DNA of 64,000 bases from Lama glama (taxonomy: Eukaryota): contig CM052816.1 of assembly GCA_028534125.1 (NCBI GenBank), forward strand, positions 97,342,001 to 97,406,000, given 5' to 3'. Numbering within the stretch: the first letter of the stretch is position 1; each line of letters begins with the position of its first letter. The notes under the pieces are model-generated. The model ran no database searches. It worked only from the letters and a program-made list of their open reading frames with translations, and was not told the DNA's origin. This document shows positions 49,191-62,576 of the stretch, piece after piece. The position numbers and the translations under genes were made by a program.

Positions 49191-50995
49191 GATACAAAGT
49201 TTCGGTCCCTACACTTGTTAGTATCTGCCCACCATCTCTCCACCTGCGACCTGCAGGGCGCCATGACCCCCTCGTCACCTGAGACTTCTCTTACTCCTCT
49301 GCCCACAGCCTGAACTCTGTCATCATCACGGTCTCATCTCTGCTTTGAAACTAAGCTTTCTCTTGGGCTCGCAACTCCCATCTGACTCCCAGAAACGCCG
49401 AAATCAACGATCTCCATGTTAGAGACGGGCTTGTGGAGGCGCGCTCCTTTGCAGCCTAGGCGTGGTGGGAGGGCCTCCTAAACGCGCCTCCAAATCTAGA
49501 AGAATAAGCTACAAGGTCGACTCGTTCACTAAGCCGAGGAAGGAAGGCCTCCTTCATGCTCACCTGAGTCTCTTCCTGTCTCCCTTCACCTCAGACTCGA
49601 AACCCCACCCTGCCTCCCGTATTGTTCAAAATGCTAAATATTTACCCCAGTGCAGCCTAGGGCTACCCGCCTCCATGTCTCTATTCTTTGCCAGCTGAAT
49701 AAGGGAGCTGCAGCACGCAGGGTGCGGGGAAAGGGGCCCCAGGATGCGGTAAGGCTGACCACACTCACTAAAACCTAACGAGCACCTGCCACCACGTGCC
49801 AGGCACTCCTGAGCTAAGAGTCATCCCCGCTACACTTCCCGCGGCCCCAGCTGCTGCTGGTGTGGCTCTGATTTCATAGATGGGGAACCTGTGGTGGACA
49901 AGTTGTTCTCCTTGATCAAGGGTTGGAACTTGTACAAAGCGGCACTGCACGTGACGTGTCCCTAGGACGTGACCTGCAAGCCCCGGCTCTTGCCCACCAC
50001 TCCGCAGCCCTCACAGCGGCATGCGTTCATGCCCAGGGCCCAGGCGACCCATGTGTCCTCCGCAGAGGGCCCGGGCAAACCCATCTCCGCAGGGAAGGCC
50101 GGGGGACAAGCCTTAAAGCTGTGTAAAGCTTTATGCAGCAACTGCACACCTTTACTTAGCTTCGCGCTGGCTGGAGGGGGTTGATGGAGATCACACACGG
50201 GGGAGGCTGAGCACCCTACGCCAGGCCCTGTCCTGACACACTGTTACGATGCTCTGGCTGAGTTCTTGCAGCCATCTAGAAGCCAGGAGTCATCGCCAGT
50301 CCCACGGCTGGTACCCGCGAGGCAGGGCTGTGCCTGATCCCAGTGGTCCCTTTGGACAGTCTCCTTCCTGCCTAAATGTCACTCGAGGGACAGGGACAGC
50401 CCCTTGTGAACGTGGAGAGGCTCTGAGATAACTCACAGACTGATGCCAAAGGACTCCCCAGGACACTGGCTGAGGAAGCGGCAGTATTTGGTTTGGATGC
50501 AGGGCCCCTCCCTGCCACAGGAGCATCCCCGCCACGGCTCCCTTAAGCTTCTGCACAGGGCTGTCTCTCAGGAGCCCAGGAGAGCTCTGGGATGCCGCGT
50601 CACCCAGTCGGGCACCTGCAGTCAGACTGGCTGCCAAACACACCAGCTGCTGAAGATGTCACTGCCGACACTGGGGGTCACTCATCAAGGACACTGATCA
50701 AAGGACGGCTGTTTCAGAATGTTAATCCCGGAAGCCCTCAACCCTTCACGTGGACCTGTTTCTCTAGTTTCTAAAGCTATCATCACTTTGCAATATTTCA
50801 ACAATTAGCTGAAATTGAGCGAGACCAAAATACAGCTCACAGAAACACCAAGACCAAAACACGTTATTTTAATACATGACATATGAAAATGGAAAAGGTG
50901 ATGAGAGAGACAGAAATCTGAAACCAAGCAGTTCCAGTGCCATCTCTGTGGGCTGTTACACTGATCTGGTTGTTATTCGACCTCCCAAGGTGAGG

Positions 50996-51615
50996 CGGTC
51001 CATCCTCACTCCCGTGGTTATGTCCACATCATCACCAAGAACACTGAATCAGTGAACACTGAATCATTAAACACGGGCCAGCGAGGGTCCTGTGGGCCCT
51101 GGGCACAGCGTTTTCCTCAGCCGACCTATACATAACCTTGTTTTATTGCGTTTCTGATAGAGACACCTTATTTACTGTCTATTGTTGATTCACTAACACT
51201 GAACTCTCAGCCAGCGTCTCTGTACCTCGGGCCTGAGTGAAGCTTCTCTAACATGCATTTTCTCCGGAAGGTACAGCACAGCCTTCTTGCATTTAAGAAT
51301 ATCACGCAGCATTTCAGCAAGATGCTTGCAGGCCGTTTTAAGCAGGGAAATCATCAACATAAAGCACACACACACACAAAAAAGGCACTAAGTCAATCAC
51401 AAAAAGGACGTTTGCTGACAGTGTGAGCTGAAACCAGGAGGCCGAGCATGCCTGTTCCAGCTCAGCTGAGAACGTGCACACGGGGCAGCTCAGGTTTCCC
51501 GCTGCTCTGCGCGTGTCCAAACACGGCCTCAGGTACTGATTCTGGGGTTGCAAATACATCTCAGCCAGGAGGCAAATGTGCAAATCTGGAAGCTGCAAAT
51601 AATGGGGATTGACAG
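50996..51615. mobile_element. TcMar-Tigger non-autonomous element (MER82-like), near full length
   Basis: Decayed TIRs cggtccatcctcact / aatggggattgacag. Internal acataaccttgtttt...gacaccttattt...cacagccttcttgc matches the remembered MER82 consensus. Confidence 0.8.
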
Positions 51616-54289
51616 CACTTCTATTCCAATGCTGACTCTGCTCAAAAACCAAAGTAAGAACTCTGAGATTTCCAAGGGTTTCTAAAAATTCAACATTGGC
51701 CTTTATGTACAGAAATCCATCATTACTAAGTCACTTCATTAACTTTTGGGGGAAAACACTTGCCAACCTGAGGATATCATTCACATCTAACAGTTCTAAG
51801 AGCTGGCATCTCTGCGGTCCAGTCATGCTGGGCAGAAACACCGCAGGGTTACCAGCGAGGCTGGAGCCTGCTGCCCACCGCAGGCCCTGTCACCGAGCAC
51901 GCGAGCAGACGGCCGATACGCCAGAGACAGGAACCTTCACCGTTCTCTCAGCCGTCATCACAGCCTCCAACTACTCCCAGCACCCCTTTTTTCAATTAGA
52001 AATCTTTACGAACTCTTAAGGAGAATTATATTTATTTAATGAACAGCTTATGTGCAACAGCAGTGCTTCTAGACCTCAGCCCTGGCTGGTCTTAGGCCCT
52101 GAACTGTCCCTGCTGGACACAGACTCCAGGTCCTGCTGCAGATTCCGATGACGTCAGATGCCACAGGACAGGTTCTCACGTGGGGCTGTGTGTTAAATAA
52201 TGAGTGAAGGGGCATCCGGAAGAGATGTCAGCCAAAACCAACCCCAGGTTTTCCTCCAATGGAGGAAAATAATGCTCTTGTTCCAAAAACACACATCCTC
52301 TTCCCTGGGCCCCACGTGCTACAGAAGACTTTACATCAGTTCACTTGAGAGTATTGGCAAGATGTCGAAACTGATCCTGGAGGATCTCCGTGCAATAGAG
52401 CCCTAGACTTCTGCCCAGTACAACCTGCCAGAAACAATGACCTCACGGTGCCACTGTGCTACTCCTCAGACTGCCGCAGCCTGAAAAAATGCCCAACGAG
52501 CGCTCATAACCCCCTTCGTTCCGCTCTGATCTTCAACACACACCCAATTGACTAGGTTTCCCAGGTAACCTAGTGCCAGAAAGGCAGTGTTCTGCTTAGC
52601 AGGCAGGAGCACTCTCTAAACAGCAATAAAACCATAAATTGGCATTCTGGGTGGAAGTGGATTAATTCTCCACAATCAGATCATCCTGTAAAGCTACAAA
52701 TGAGATCCTGGACCCAGGCGGTCCTTGATCAAGACAGACACTAAAGAAATCTTGGCTGAAAACACTGGCTGTTTATGTTCACAATATGTGGGACACAACT
52801 TTGCAGGGCCCCACGTCCACCCCCGTGAGGTCCAGGGTCTCAGGGCTCTCCCCACTGTGAAACTCACCAGTAACCAGACGAAAGCTCAGAGCCGTCCCAG
52901 GGGCCAGCAGACAGATGCCTTCCGAACTAAAGGCATGTTTCTGCTTTCATTTTATAAGACAGCCCTTGGCGTCTGGACCCACATCCCAAGAGTACACAGC
53001 ATCCACATGTACCCAACTGAGCCGTGGTGTCTGCATTCCCAACAAGGAAAGAAGTAACTATCCAGATGCTGCGTTTCATCTTCGCCAAAGACCTACGGAG
53101 CGTGGAGGGACCAAGAAAGCAAAGCCTTAGGCGCTGACCAAGATTTTGTGTTCAGCACACCGCGTGTGTCTGCGGTCAAACGCTGGCACACACCTTGAGA
53201 GAAGACATGCAGAAGAAAACTGAGGGGGAGAAGTGGCAGGGTTTGAATCAATCCACAATTATTTCATTTAATTCTTCCATGGTAATATTCTAATTGTTAT
53301 CATCATGGGTCAGTAGGAAAAAACTGTTAAAAACACAACTTGACAGCGTGCCCATGGAAAACTCAAAGGCAAAGGTGCCTTCATTTTCATCCTTCATTCT
53401 TAAACATTTTGTCAATAGTTTTAAGGGTTGTTTTTTTTTTTCTTGAATAGTTGAAAACCAAGGAAAACAACTAATATTCAATTGTGATACCAATTACTTT
53501 ACAGGACTTAAGGATTAGGGCTATTAATTACTCTCCCGAGTATTTATTCCACAAAAACAGAATGCTATCACTATTCAGCTATTTCTTTTAAGGACCATAT
53601 TCTTTGCACATTTTGATTGAGTTTTCGTTCATTGTTAAACATGGATCCCAGAGACCAAATCTCACCATCACTCACTCTTGCATTCCCTGGCATCTGTATA
53701 CACTGAACGTTATTTTTACAGTTTGAAAGATAGAACACGTTTTATAAAATCTAGCGACAAACACACACATTCACAGGGGAAAAGGAGGGTTGGTTGTTCA
53801 CGATGGTGAACGACAGTCACACCATGGAGGCGGTGGGACAGGACGCAGTAGGAGAGCGAGAAGGCTGACAGCTCTCCCAACAGCGGCTGAGAGGCTACTA
53901 ACGAGGTCAGATCCTAAAGGCTGGGCTGGGACCCACAGTACAGAACAGCAAATCCAGGTCAAAGGCAAAGTTATATTCAGTACAACTGACGTCCTTTTCA
54001 GTGTTTGTTTTACTCTAAAATGTAAAACACTAAAACCACTAAAACCAGAACTTTTCAAAGTGACAACAGATAATATGACGGCCTCCCAAGAACACAGCTC
54101 GTACACTGAACACTACGTCCTAGAGGCGTCCACCCTATTTTTCTGCATAAACATACGTGTATATTTATGAAACACACACACTGAGGAAGTTACAGCTAAA
54201 ATCTCCTCCTCACATTGTCCTCTCTCTTCCCCCACAAAAAACCAATAGGTAGAAATTAGTCCGGTATTCTCTATTCTTTTAATACTGAT

Positions 54290-54845
54290 ACTCAGAGTAC
54301 AGGTACATATATAATTCGCATCATTTTGCAACTTCCTTTTCCACTCAGCACTACGCTTCCAAGATTTCTCAGAGTTGATCTATGTAGACCTATTTATTCA
54401 TTTGACTTTACTTAGTATTTCATTGAGTAAAATACTGTAACTGATCTATCCAGTTCCCAGCCGATTTCTCTATATGCCTCCTGGGGCTCACACGTAAGGC
54501 GGCTTCTTGAGTATCTACGAAGAAACAAAAATAACTGGGATGGCTCTTTCTTTTACACTTCTTCACCAATTTTCTTTCATAATCAAAGAAAAGTTTTCCC
54601 TTCTCATGCCTTATTTAAGAAACTCTTGCCTACACTAACGTTAAAAGGAGATTTTCCTCTACATTTTTTTTAAAACCTTAATGGCTTGCTTTCCTCAGCT
54701 AGATTTAAATCCACCTAGAATTCATATTTTTATATGGAATAAAGTAGGAATCTGATTCTTTCCATAAGAAAAATCTGTTTCTTTCTTTTGTTCATCTATT
54801 TCAATTATTCATTTTTTCATTTACTGAACAGTCTATCACACCCCC
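54290..54845 (-). mobile_element. Old L1 (L1ME-like) remnant
   Basis: ttttgcaacttccttttccactcagca and aaatccacctagaattcatatttttatatggaataaagtaggaatc. Confidence 0.55.
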
Positions 54846-54847
54846 AT

Positions 54848-55480
54848 TATTTTTTTAAATTGAAATACAGTTGATTTACAATGTTTCAGGTGTACAGCAT
54901 AGTGATTTAGTTGTACATATATGTATTGCTTTTCATATTCTTTTCAATTACAGGTTATTACAAGATATTGAATATAGTTCCCTGTGCTCTACAGTAGGAC
55001 CTTGTTGTTTATCTCTTTTATATAGAGAAGTGTGTATCCGTTAATCCCAAATTTCCAATTTATCCTTCCCCCGTACCTTCCCCCGCAGGTGACCATAGTT
55101 TGTTTTCTGTCTGTGAGTCTGTTTCGGTTTTGCAAATGGGTTCACTTGTGTCTATTTTTTTTAAGATGCCACAGATAAGCGATCTCATATGGTATTTTTC
55201 TTTCTCTTTTTGGCTTACTTCACTTAGGATGACAATCTCCAGATCCATCCACGTTGCTGCAAATGGCATTATTTTATTCTTTTTATGGCTGAGTCATATT
55301 CCATTGTGTATATATACCATCTCTTCTTTACCCAGTCATCTGTCAATGGACATTAGGTTGCTTCCACATCCTGGCTGTTCTAAAGAGTGCTGCTGTGAAC
55401 ACTGGGGTCCACGTATCTTTTCGAATCAGAGTTTTCATCTTTTCCCGTTTTATGGCCAGGAGGGGGACTGCTGAGCCATC
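54848..55480 (-). mobile_element. 5'-truncated L1 (artiodactyl/camelid-type 3' end)
   Basis: Minus-strand ORFs LIRKDTWTPVFTAALFRTARMWKQP and MPFAATWMDLEIVILSEVSQKEKEKYHMRSLICG; T-tract at the left end. Confidence 0.9.
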
Positions 55481-56419
55481 CCACCTCTGCCATACAGGTC
55501 TCTCTCTGAGCTCTTCCTTCTCTTCCCTTGGTCTCTTCATCTGTATCTGGGCCAATATTACAAAGTTATTTTTCTCTTATTATAACCCCCTACTTATTTC
55601 CCTTCTACAAGAAATTTGGTTCATCTGTCTACCACAAAAAAGTTATTTCATTGCTTCACAGTTTTTAGAGTCATGCATCTGTGCTACACTTCTCAGAATA
55701 TGTGGTTCTTTAGTTACATCCCCCATTGGGAGGTAAAAACAGCAAGAAAAGTTTTTTTTTTTCCATATCAAGAGCTTTAAAAAACGTATATAGCATTTTG
55801 TGTGTGGACCATGTTCAATGACAAAAATATTCTTTAAAACACAGGCTGAACAGAGATTAACTTTTACATGACTCAGCAACTGACTTCCCAATCTTTAAAA
55901 AAACTTGATAGGTAACAAATCTTTGCTCAAGGAATCATCTCCATTTTAGACTTGATAAAAACAGAAACAGTGCCATTCTCTTAGAACATCTCAGTATAAA
56001 TAAATATAAATAAAGGGGAACTTTATTCCCCTTAAAGACCCCCATTTCTTTGAGCCACTATAAAGGCATGGAGAGAGCACAGCCAAGAGCACACACGTCG
56101 GTGCCTCTGAATGGACAGAGGAAAGGCAGCCTTCCATCTGCTACATGTTGCTGTGAAGTCACAAAGCCTCTTCTTGTGTCTCAGGGTTTTGGGGTGTTTT
56201 CTTTTTCAGGTTTAAAATGGGAATCACACCTCCCATTTGAGGATATGCTATCAATAATTTGGAATGAAACAGTATGAAAATTCTTCGTGCACTACAAAAC
56301 CTCAGACACTAATTTTACACCGTTATTGAATATAGTTGTTGTATGTAGTTGTAAGAGTGTGTTCTGTACCCTAAGCACAAGTGCTCTATCAGATCCACAT
56401 GTTTCCATTTTCCGTCCAG

Positions 56420-58010
56420 GGCCACGTTGAAGATCCGTGGTGACAGTGAGCATCGTCCCCTCACTCCAGATCACAGGGGACAGTATTTGGTCCTCCCCCA
56501 TCACACGTGATGCTGCACTTTCTGTGCAGCTACCTTCTGTCAGTCTGAGGAAGTTCGTTTCTACAGCTAGATGGCTGAGAGACGTCATTATAAGTAGGTG
56601 CTGAATTTTGTCAAATGTCTCCTCTGAATGTACTGAAGAGATGGCATGCATTGTATTTATGAAATGATCTGTTAATGTGGTGAATCATACGAATTGATTT
56701 TTAAATGTTAAGCCAACTTTTCATTCTTGATATAACATACATTTTTTTTGGCTGAACTAAATTTACTAAAGTTTCATTAAGAATTTTTTTCTATGTTCAT
56801 GAAAGATATTGATCTGTAGTTTCCTTTCCTTGCAATATCTTTGGCTGTGGTAGCAGAATAATGCTGGCTTCACGACCTGAGTTGGGAAATATGTTCTTCT
56901 TCTATTTTGCAAAAGAATTTGTATAATTTTAGGGTTTTTCATCTTTAAATCTTGGTAGAACTCACCAGAGAAGACAATCGGCCCGAAGTTTTCTTTGTGA
57001 GAAGATATTTAACAACACATTCAAATTATTCCATCCTCCCGGGTAAGTCAAGTGATCTATTTCTTCTTGAATGAGTTTTGTTAGTTTGCTTTTCAAGGAA
57101 GTTGTCCATTTCATCTAGACTGTGGAGTTTATTGACATAAAGCTGTTGATAATACTTCCTTATCTTTTTAAAGTCTGTAGGATGTAGAGTGACAGCCCCT
57201 CTCACATTCCTCATAGTGGTCATTTTTCCTTCTATTGTTATTTCTGATCTGTCTGCCTAGAGTTCTACCAATTTTATTGATCTTCTCAAAGTATCAATTT
57301 GGGCTTCACTGATTATCTTTACTGTTTTCCTGTTTACAATTTCATTGTTTTATGTGCCTTTCTATTTCCTTTCTTCTAGTTTCTACTCCTTGTTCTAGTT
57401 TCTGGAGTTGGAAGTTTAAGTCATTGATTTGAGCCTTTTCCTCTTCTGCGGTATAAATGTTTGATGCTATAAATTTCTAAGTGCCATCTGAGATGCACCC
57501 TACAAATTCTGATTCATCACGTTTTCATCCCATTCAGTCCAACATACTTTCCAGTTCCCCTTGTAATTTCTTCTCGGGCTTCTGGGTTTTTTTTAGAAAT
57601 GAATTGTTTAGTTTCCCATTATTGATTAATTTTCCAAACTTCTTTATGTTATTGATTTCTAACTTAAGCCATTATGGCCAAAGAACGCGCTGTGTGTAAT
57701 AATAGTCCTTCTAAACTGAATGAGACTTTTATGATGAAGAATATGGACCATCTTGGTAAATGTCCCATGTGCATTTAAAAGGACACACATTCTGCATTAT
57801 TGTATAAATATCAATGAGATCAACCTGTTCGGTAGTACTCTGCAAATCTCCTGTATCCTGACTGATTTTCTTTCTTATTGTCCATCTGTTATTGAGAGGG
57901 GGTGCTGCCATCTCTGAGTAAGATTTTCCCATCATGCATTTGGCATCTCTATGATTAGGTATCTAGGTTCTTGGGACTGTTAGGTCTTCTTGGTGAACTG
58001 ATGCCCTCTG
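56420..58010 (-). mobile_element. Old L1 ORF2 remnant (EN to RT region)
   Basis: Minus-strand ORFs EETFDKIQH, KIRKYYQQLYVNKLHSLDEMDNFLEK and EQVDLIDIY. Confidence 0.8.
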
Positions 58011-59529
58011 CTTTAGGAACTGCCTGGCACTTGCTCTGCAGCCTTGTGCCAGGAGTCACTCCATCTGCTGTTCCCCAGAGGCTCTTCCCCGGGCCCCTGG
58101 TGCCTTCCTCCCCTGCATGTGCTAATCGTTGGTCAGGTGGAGACTTGAGGGACCCTCTACAAGTCTCCAGAGCTTCCTCTCTCTCTGCGGGTCTCTCCTC
58201 TCTCCTCCTTAGGCTTTCTGTCCTGAGAATTCCAGCGCCTTTGCCTTTGCAAACTCTGAACTCTGTCTTTTCAACTCTGAAATTGCTGGGTGAGGATGAT
58301 ATTAGTGGCTGCACTGCTGAGAAGAGGAAATCTGAAATACTGAACACTGGAGAAGCTAAGTGAGGTGTTGCTTAGCAACTCTTAATAGGACATAATTTAA
58401 ACTCTGGATTTATTATTTTTTTTTCCTGAGAACTTGCTGCTCCAGCCGGGAGTCTAGAATTCTCTCCCCTTCGTGCACACACGAGCACACACAGGTCCAG
58501 TCACAAGGGGTATTATTCACCAGCGCCCATAAACACGTTTCTTTGGATATAAAAGAACAGCATCCAAGATTCAAGGCTAAAGAAGCTGGAATTCTGTGAA
58601 AAACACAACCTTTCATAAAATCATGTGTCAAATACAAGGGACACAATGCAGGAAGCCCTAAGATAACCACCATGAAAAATGTCTCCATTTAAAATGAGTC
58701 AATAACAGATGCTTATGGAACATTTTTCCTCCCTTTCCACTCTTTCAGGAAAACACTACCAACTCCAGACAACAGCCATGACTCCTTCCAAACTTACACT
58801 GACTTCCCTGGAGGGAGGAGGGTGAAGAGCTGCGCACACAGGACCAGCCTCCTTACGATGGCGGCCACCCCCCTAGGGCGTGAGCTCCTACTTCAAAGGC
58901 TTCCGGATGGTCACAGATGGTACCCAGCACAGGCACAGGGCAGGAGGAGGCTGGCAGGGGCTGGGCTGAACCCGGAGCGGCATCCCAGCAAAGGGCCCTT
59001 TGAGCTTGAGGGGTTTTTCCTACAGGGAGGAGAGGGGTTGATTACTCGTGTTCAGGTGCTAAGACGGAGCCAGATGAGAAACCAGCAGAAAAAAAGTGAA
59101 ATTAAAAGAAGCCTACTGATACAGGAGTTATGTTCATTTCAGTGTAAAAGCAATCACTGATTTCCAAACAATACTACTCACTAAAGTGGACACACGGACA
59201 CGTGTTCCTTGGGCCAAAATGTTCCGTTTCTCTTACTGACCCATCTGATGAGTGAAAATACCTCCGACTGGGAATCTCTCTAACCCTGTGGAACAGTTAT
59301 ACGATCTATCTTTTTGGCATCTCTGAAGTAGTGGTTCCTGCCCCATGAAGTTTTTCCAGATAACACATAACGCCATGTGACTCAGAAAGAACCATCCAGA
59401 ACTCCCAAATGTGTCCCCTTCTCATCACACAATAATCTGTCATTTGCTGAGGCCCCACAGGGAACACCCCAAGGTCACCAATGAGAAGGGACAGGTGGAG
59501 ATGATGGTGACGATCAGTGTCAGGAGGTC

Positions 59530-59705
59530 ATGTTCAAACGCTGGCTCTCTTCTCAGCTGTGTGACTTTGGGAAAGTTGCTTAACTTCTCTGGGTCTCTGC
59601 TGTCTCATCTTCAAATTGCCAGTAATGACGGTACTTACTCTGCAGGGTGGTGCAGATTGGGAAGCAACGTATGAAAAGTAACTAAGTGGTGCCTGGAGCA
59701 GGTAA
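59530..59705 (+). mobile_element. MIR
   Basis: gttcaaacgctggctct...agctgtgtgactttgggaaagttgcttaacttctctgggtctc...gtgcctgg. Confidence 0.75.
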
Positions 59706-61018
59706 GAACCAGGACCATGGACACGCATGCCTCCATCCTCACCTTGGAGGAGGGGACGAGAGGACAGATACGTTACGTGTACACTCGTTCCATTACTTCC
59801 TCTAGTGTTTGCTGTATGATCTCGAAGTATGTGACACTGTGCTGCATCCTGGGGACCCAGCAGCAAACTACCCAGCCTTTAACATGCACATTGATGTGGG
59901 GGTGAGGTGGGGACAGGACTACAAAGCTCAGGGGTGACAATGGCAGCACCCGTTCAGCTGCCGGATGACAGCTCCATGAAGATGCCAACTGCAAGGACCA
60001 GGGCATGTGCTCCTCTAAGGAAAAGCACAAGAGAGAAAAGAAGAGGAAACACGGAGGTTGTTCCAGATAGCAGAATTGTCTATTCAAGCCAGGTCAGGGC
60101 TGGGAAGATCCAGTGAGAGTGGCAATAAATTCCCAGTTCACGGCACAGCCAGTGTGGTTCTCACAACACTCTGGCTGGGAACGGACGGCAGAGAGAAGAC
60201 AGCGGTGCCCCCTCCACGCCAGCCAGCCAGAAACGCGGGGTCTCAAAATAGCTACACTTCAAGATGCCTCCCTCCAGCTCTGCTGTACGTCCTCAAAACT
60301 CACATTTCATCAGCATGTCCCTTGTCATTAAGAAAAAAGAAGGGGAGGGGGTTTCGAAAAACCCTACATTGTTGTTGTTAAGTGAAATAATTTTTATTAC
60401 TTTTAATTTTTCTTATATTCTCCTCCATATTAAGTCTAAAATGCCCCCTAAGAAATCACCCTGGTGCGCAGAAGCACACAGAGTCGGGGTTCTTGACTAC
60501 TCAGGCACAGGCTGGGCTTTCTCCTTTTATTCATAGGCCACTAGCTTCTTCCAGTGGTAAATACATTCTTTAATAGCTTTTCAAGTGACTGCTCTTGCAA
60601 ACCAATTCTGTGCCATTTCACAGCATATGAGAGGCCATTATTTTCTTCCATTTTCACCCATTTTTCAATAAAAAAAATGTTTGCACACTGATGTCCTATT
60701 TTTGTAGGAAAACACACACAGGTACATGCTGAATGCCTGGCACCCTTTTAGGTAACAGGACAAAGCAAGTCTCTTGTTCCTGGAGCAAAATGTTAGCCTT
60801 TCAAATTGGTAATTTAACAAATCTGTACAGTAACTTCAGCTCGGTCTCCTGCCAAAGCTGAAATGGGGCTGTCAGAAATGGATGTTTTGACTTCACTCTA
60901 CTCAGCGAGCTCCCAGTGTGAGGGAAGCAGAAAACTGGAAGCAAAGTGAGCAGGACTCAGCTCCCTCGCCCTCACTTGGCCAGCCCGGCGTCAACAGTCC
61001 GACACCATTCACTGCGGT

Positions 61019-62576
61019 GACTGCCTTCATTCCATTGTATATTCTTGCCTCCTTTGTCGAAGATTAGTTGACCAAAAGTTTGTGGGTTCATTTCTGGGGT
61101 CTCTATTACATTCCGTTGGTCCATATGTCGGTTTTTGAACCAATACCATGCTGTCTTGATGACTGTAGCTCTGTAGTATTGTCTGAAGTCTGGGAGAGTT
61201 ATTCCTCCAGCCTCTTCCTTTCTCTTCAGTAATGCTTTGGCAGTTCTAGGTCTTTGTGGTTCCATATAAATTTTATTACGATTTGTTCTAGTTCTGTGAA
61301 GTATGTCCTGGGTAATTGGATAGGGATTGCATTAAATCTGCAGGCTGCCTTGGGCAGTGTGACCATTTTAACAATATTGATTCTTCCAATCCAAGAGCAT
61401 GGGATACCTTTCCATTTTTTAAAGTCTTCTTTAATTTCCTTCATCAGTGGTTTATAGCTTTCTGTGTATAATTCCTTCACCTCCTTGGTTAGATTTATTC
61501 CTACGTATTTTATTACTTTGGGTGCTATTTTAAAGGAGGTTGTTTCTTTACTTTCTTCTTCTGTTGATTCATTGTTAGTGTAAAGAAATGCAACTGATTT
61601 TTGAACGTTAATCTTGCAACCTGCTACCTTGCTGAATTCTTCGATCAGCTCTTATAGTTTTTGTGTGGACCTTTTAGGGTTGTCTGTATATAGTAACATG
61701 TCATCTGCATATAGTGACACTTTTACCTCTTTTCCAATTTGGATCCCTTTTATTTCTCTCTCTTGCCTGATTTCTGTGGCTAGGACTTCCAAGACTATGT
61801 TGAATAGGAGTGGTGATAGTGGGCAGGCAGTCTCTTCAGCAAATGGTGCTGGGAAAACTGGACAACAGCATGCAAAGCAATGAAGCTAGAACACTCCCTT
61901 ACATCATACACAAAAATCAACTCAAAATGGATCAAAGACTTGTAAGACAAGATACAATAAACCTCCTAGTAGAAAATAAAGGCAAAACATTATCTCACAT
62001 ACATCTCAAAAATGTTCTCCTAGAACAGTCTACTCAAGCAATAGAAATAAAAGTAAGAATAAATAAATGGGACCTAATTAAACTTACAAGCTTCTGCACA
62101 GCAAAGGAAGCCATAAGTAAAACAAAAAGACAACCTATGGAATGGGAAAAAATTTTTGCAAATGATGAAACCGACAAAGGCTTGATCTCCAGAATATATA
62201 AGCAGCTCATATGACATAATAAGAAAAAAAACAAACAATCCAATCCAAAAATGGGCAGAAGACCTAAACAAGCAATTCTCCAAGGAAGACATACAAATGA
62301 TCAATAGACACATGAGAAAAATGCTCAATATCACTAATTATCAGAGAAATGCAAATCAAAACTACAATGAGGTATCACCTCACACCAGTCAGAATGGCCA
62401 TCATTCAAAAGTCCACAAATGACAAATGCTGGAGAGGCTGTGGAGAAAAGGGAACCCTCCTACACTGCTGGTGGGAGTGCAGTTTGGTGCAGCCACTGTG
62501 GAAAACAGTATGGAGATTCCTCAAAAGACTAGGAATAGACTTACCGTATGACCCAGGAATCCCACTCCTGGGCATA
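61019..62576 (+). mobile_element. Relatively young L1 with 5' inversion (twin priming); 3' end lost in the gap
   Basis: 61019-~61825 is ORF2 on the minus strand (CPLSP...[14 protein letters not shown]...GGITLPDFRQYYRA...[12 protein letters not shown]). ~61826-62576 is the directly following ORF2 on the plus strand ([11 protein letters not shown]...[17 protein letters not shown]...[12 protein letters not shown]). Confidence 0.92.

Noticed and set aside
52551..52574. Hairpin actaggtt-N8-aacctagt
   Set aside because: An 8-bp stem is expected by chance in 64 kb, and there is no miRNA-like extension.
60972..62576. Functional reverse transcriptase or active L1
   Set aside because: 5'-truncated, inverted and frameshifted, with no promoter or ORF1.
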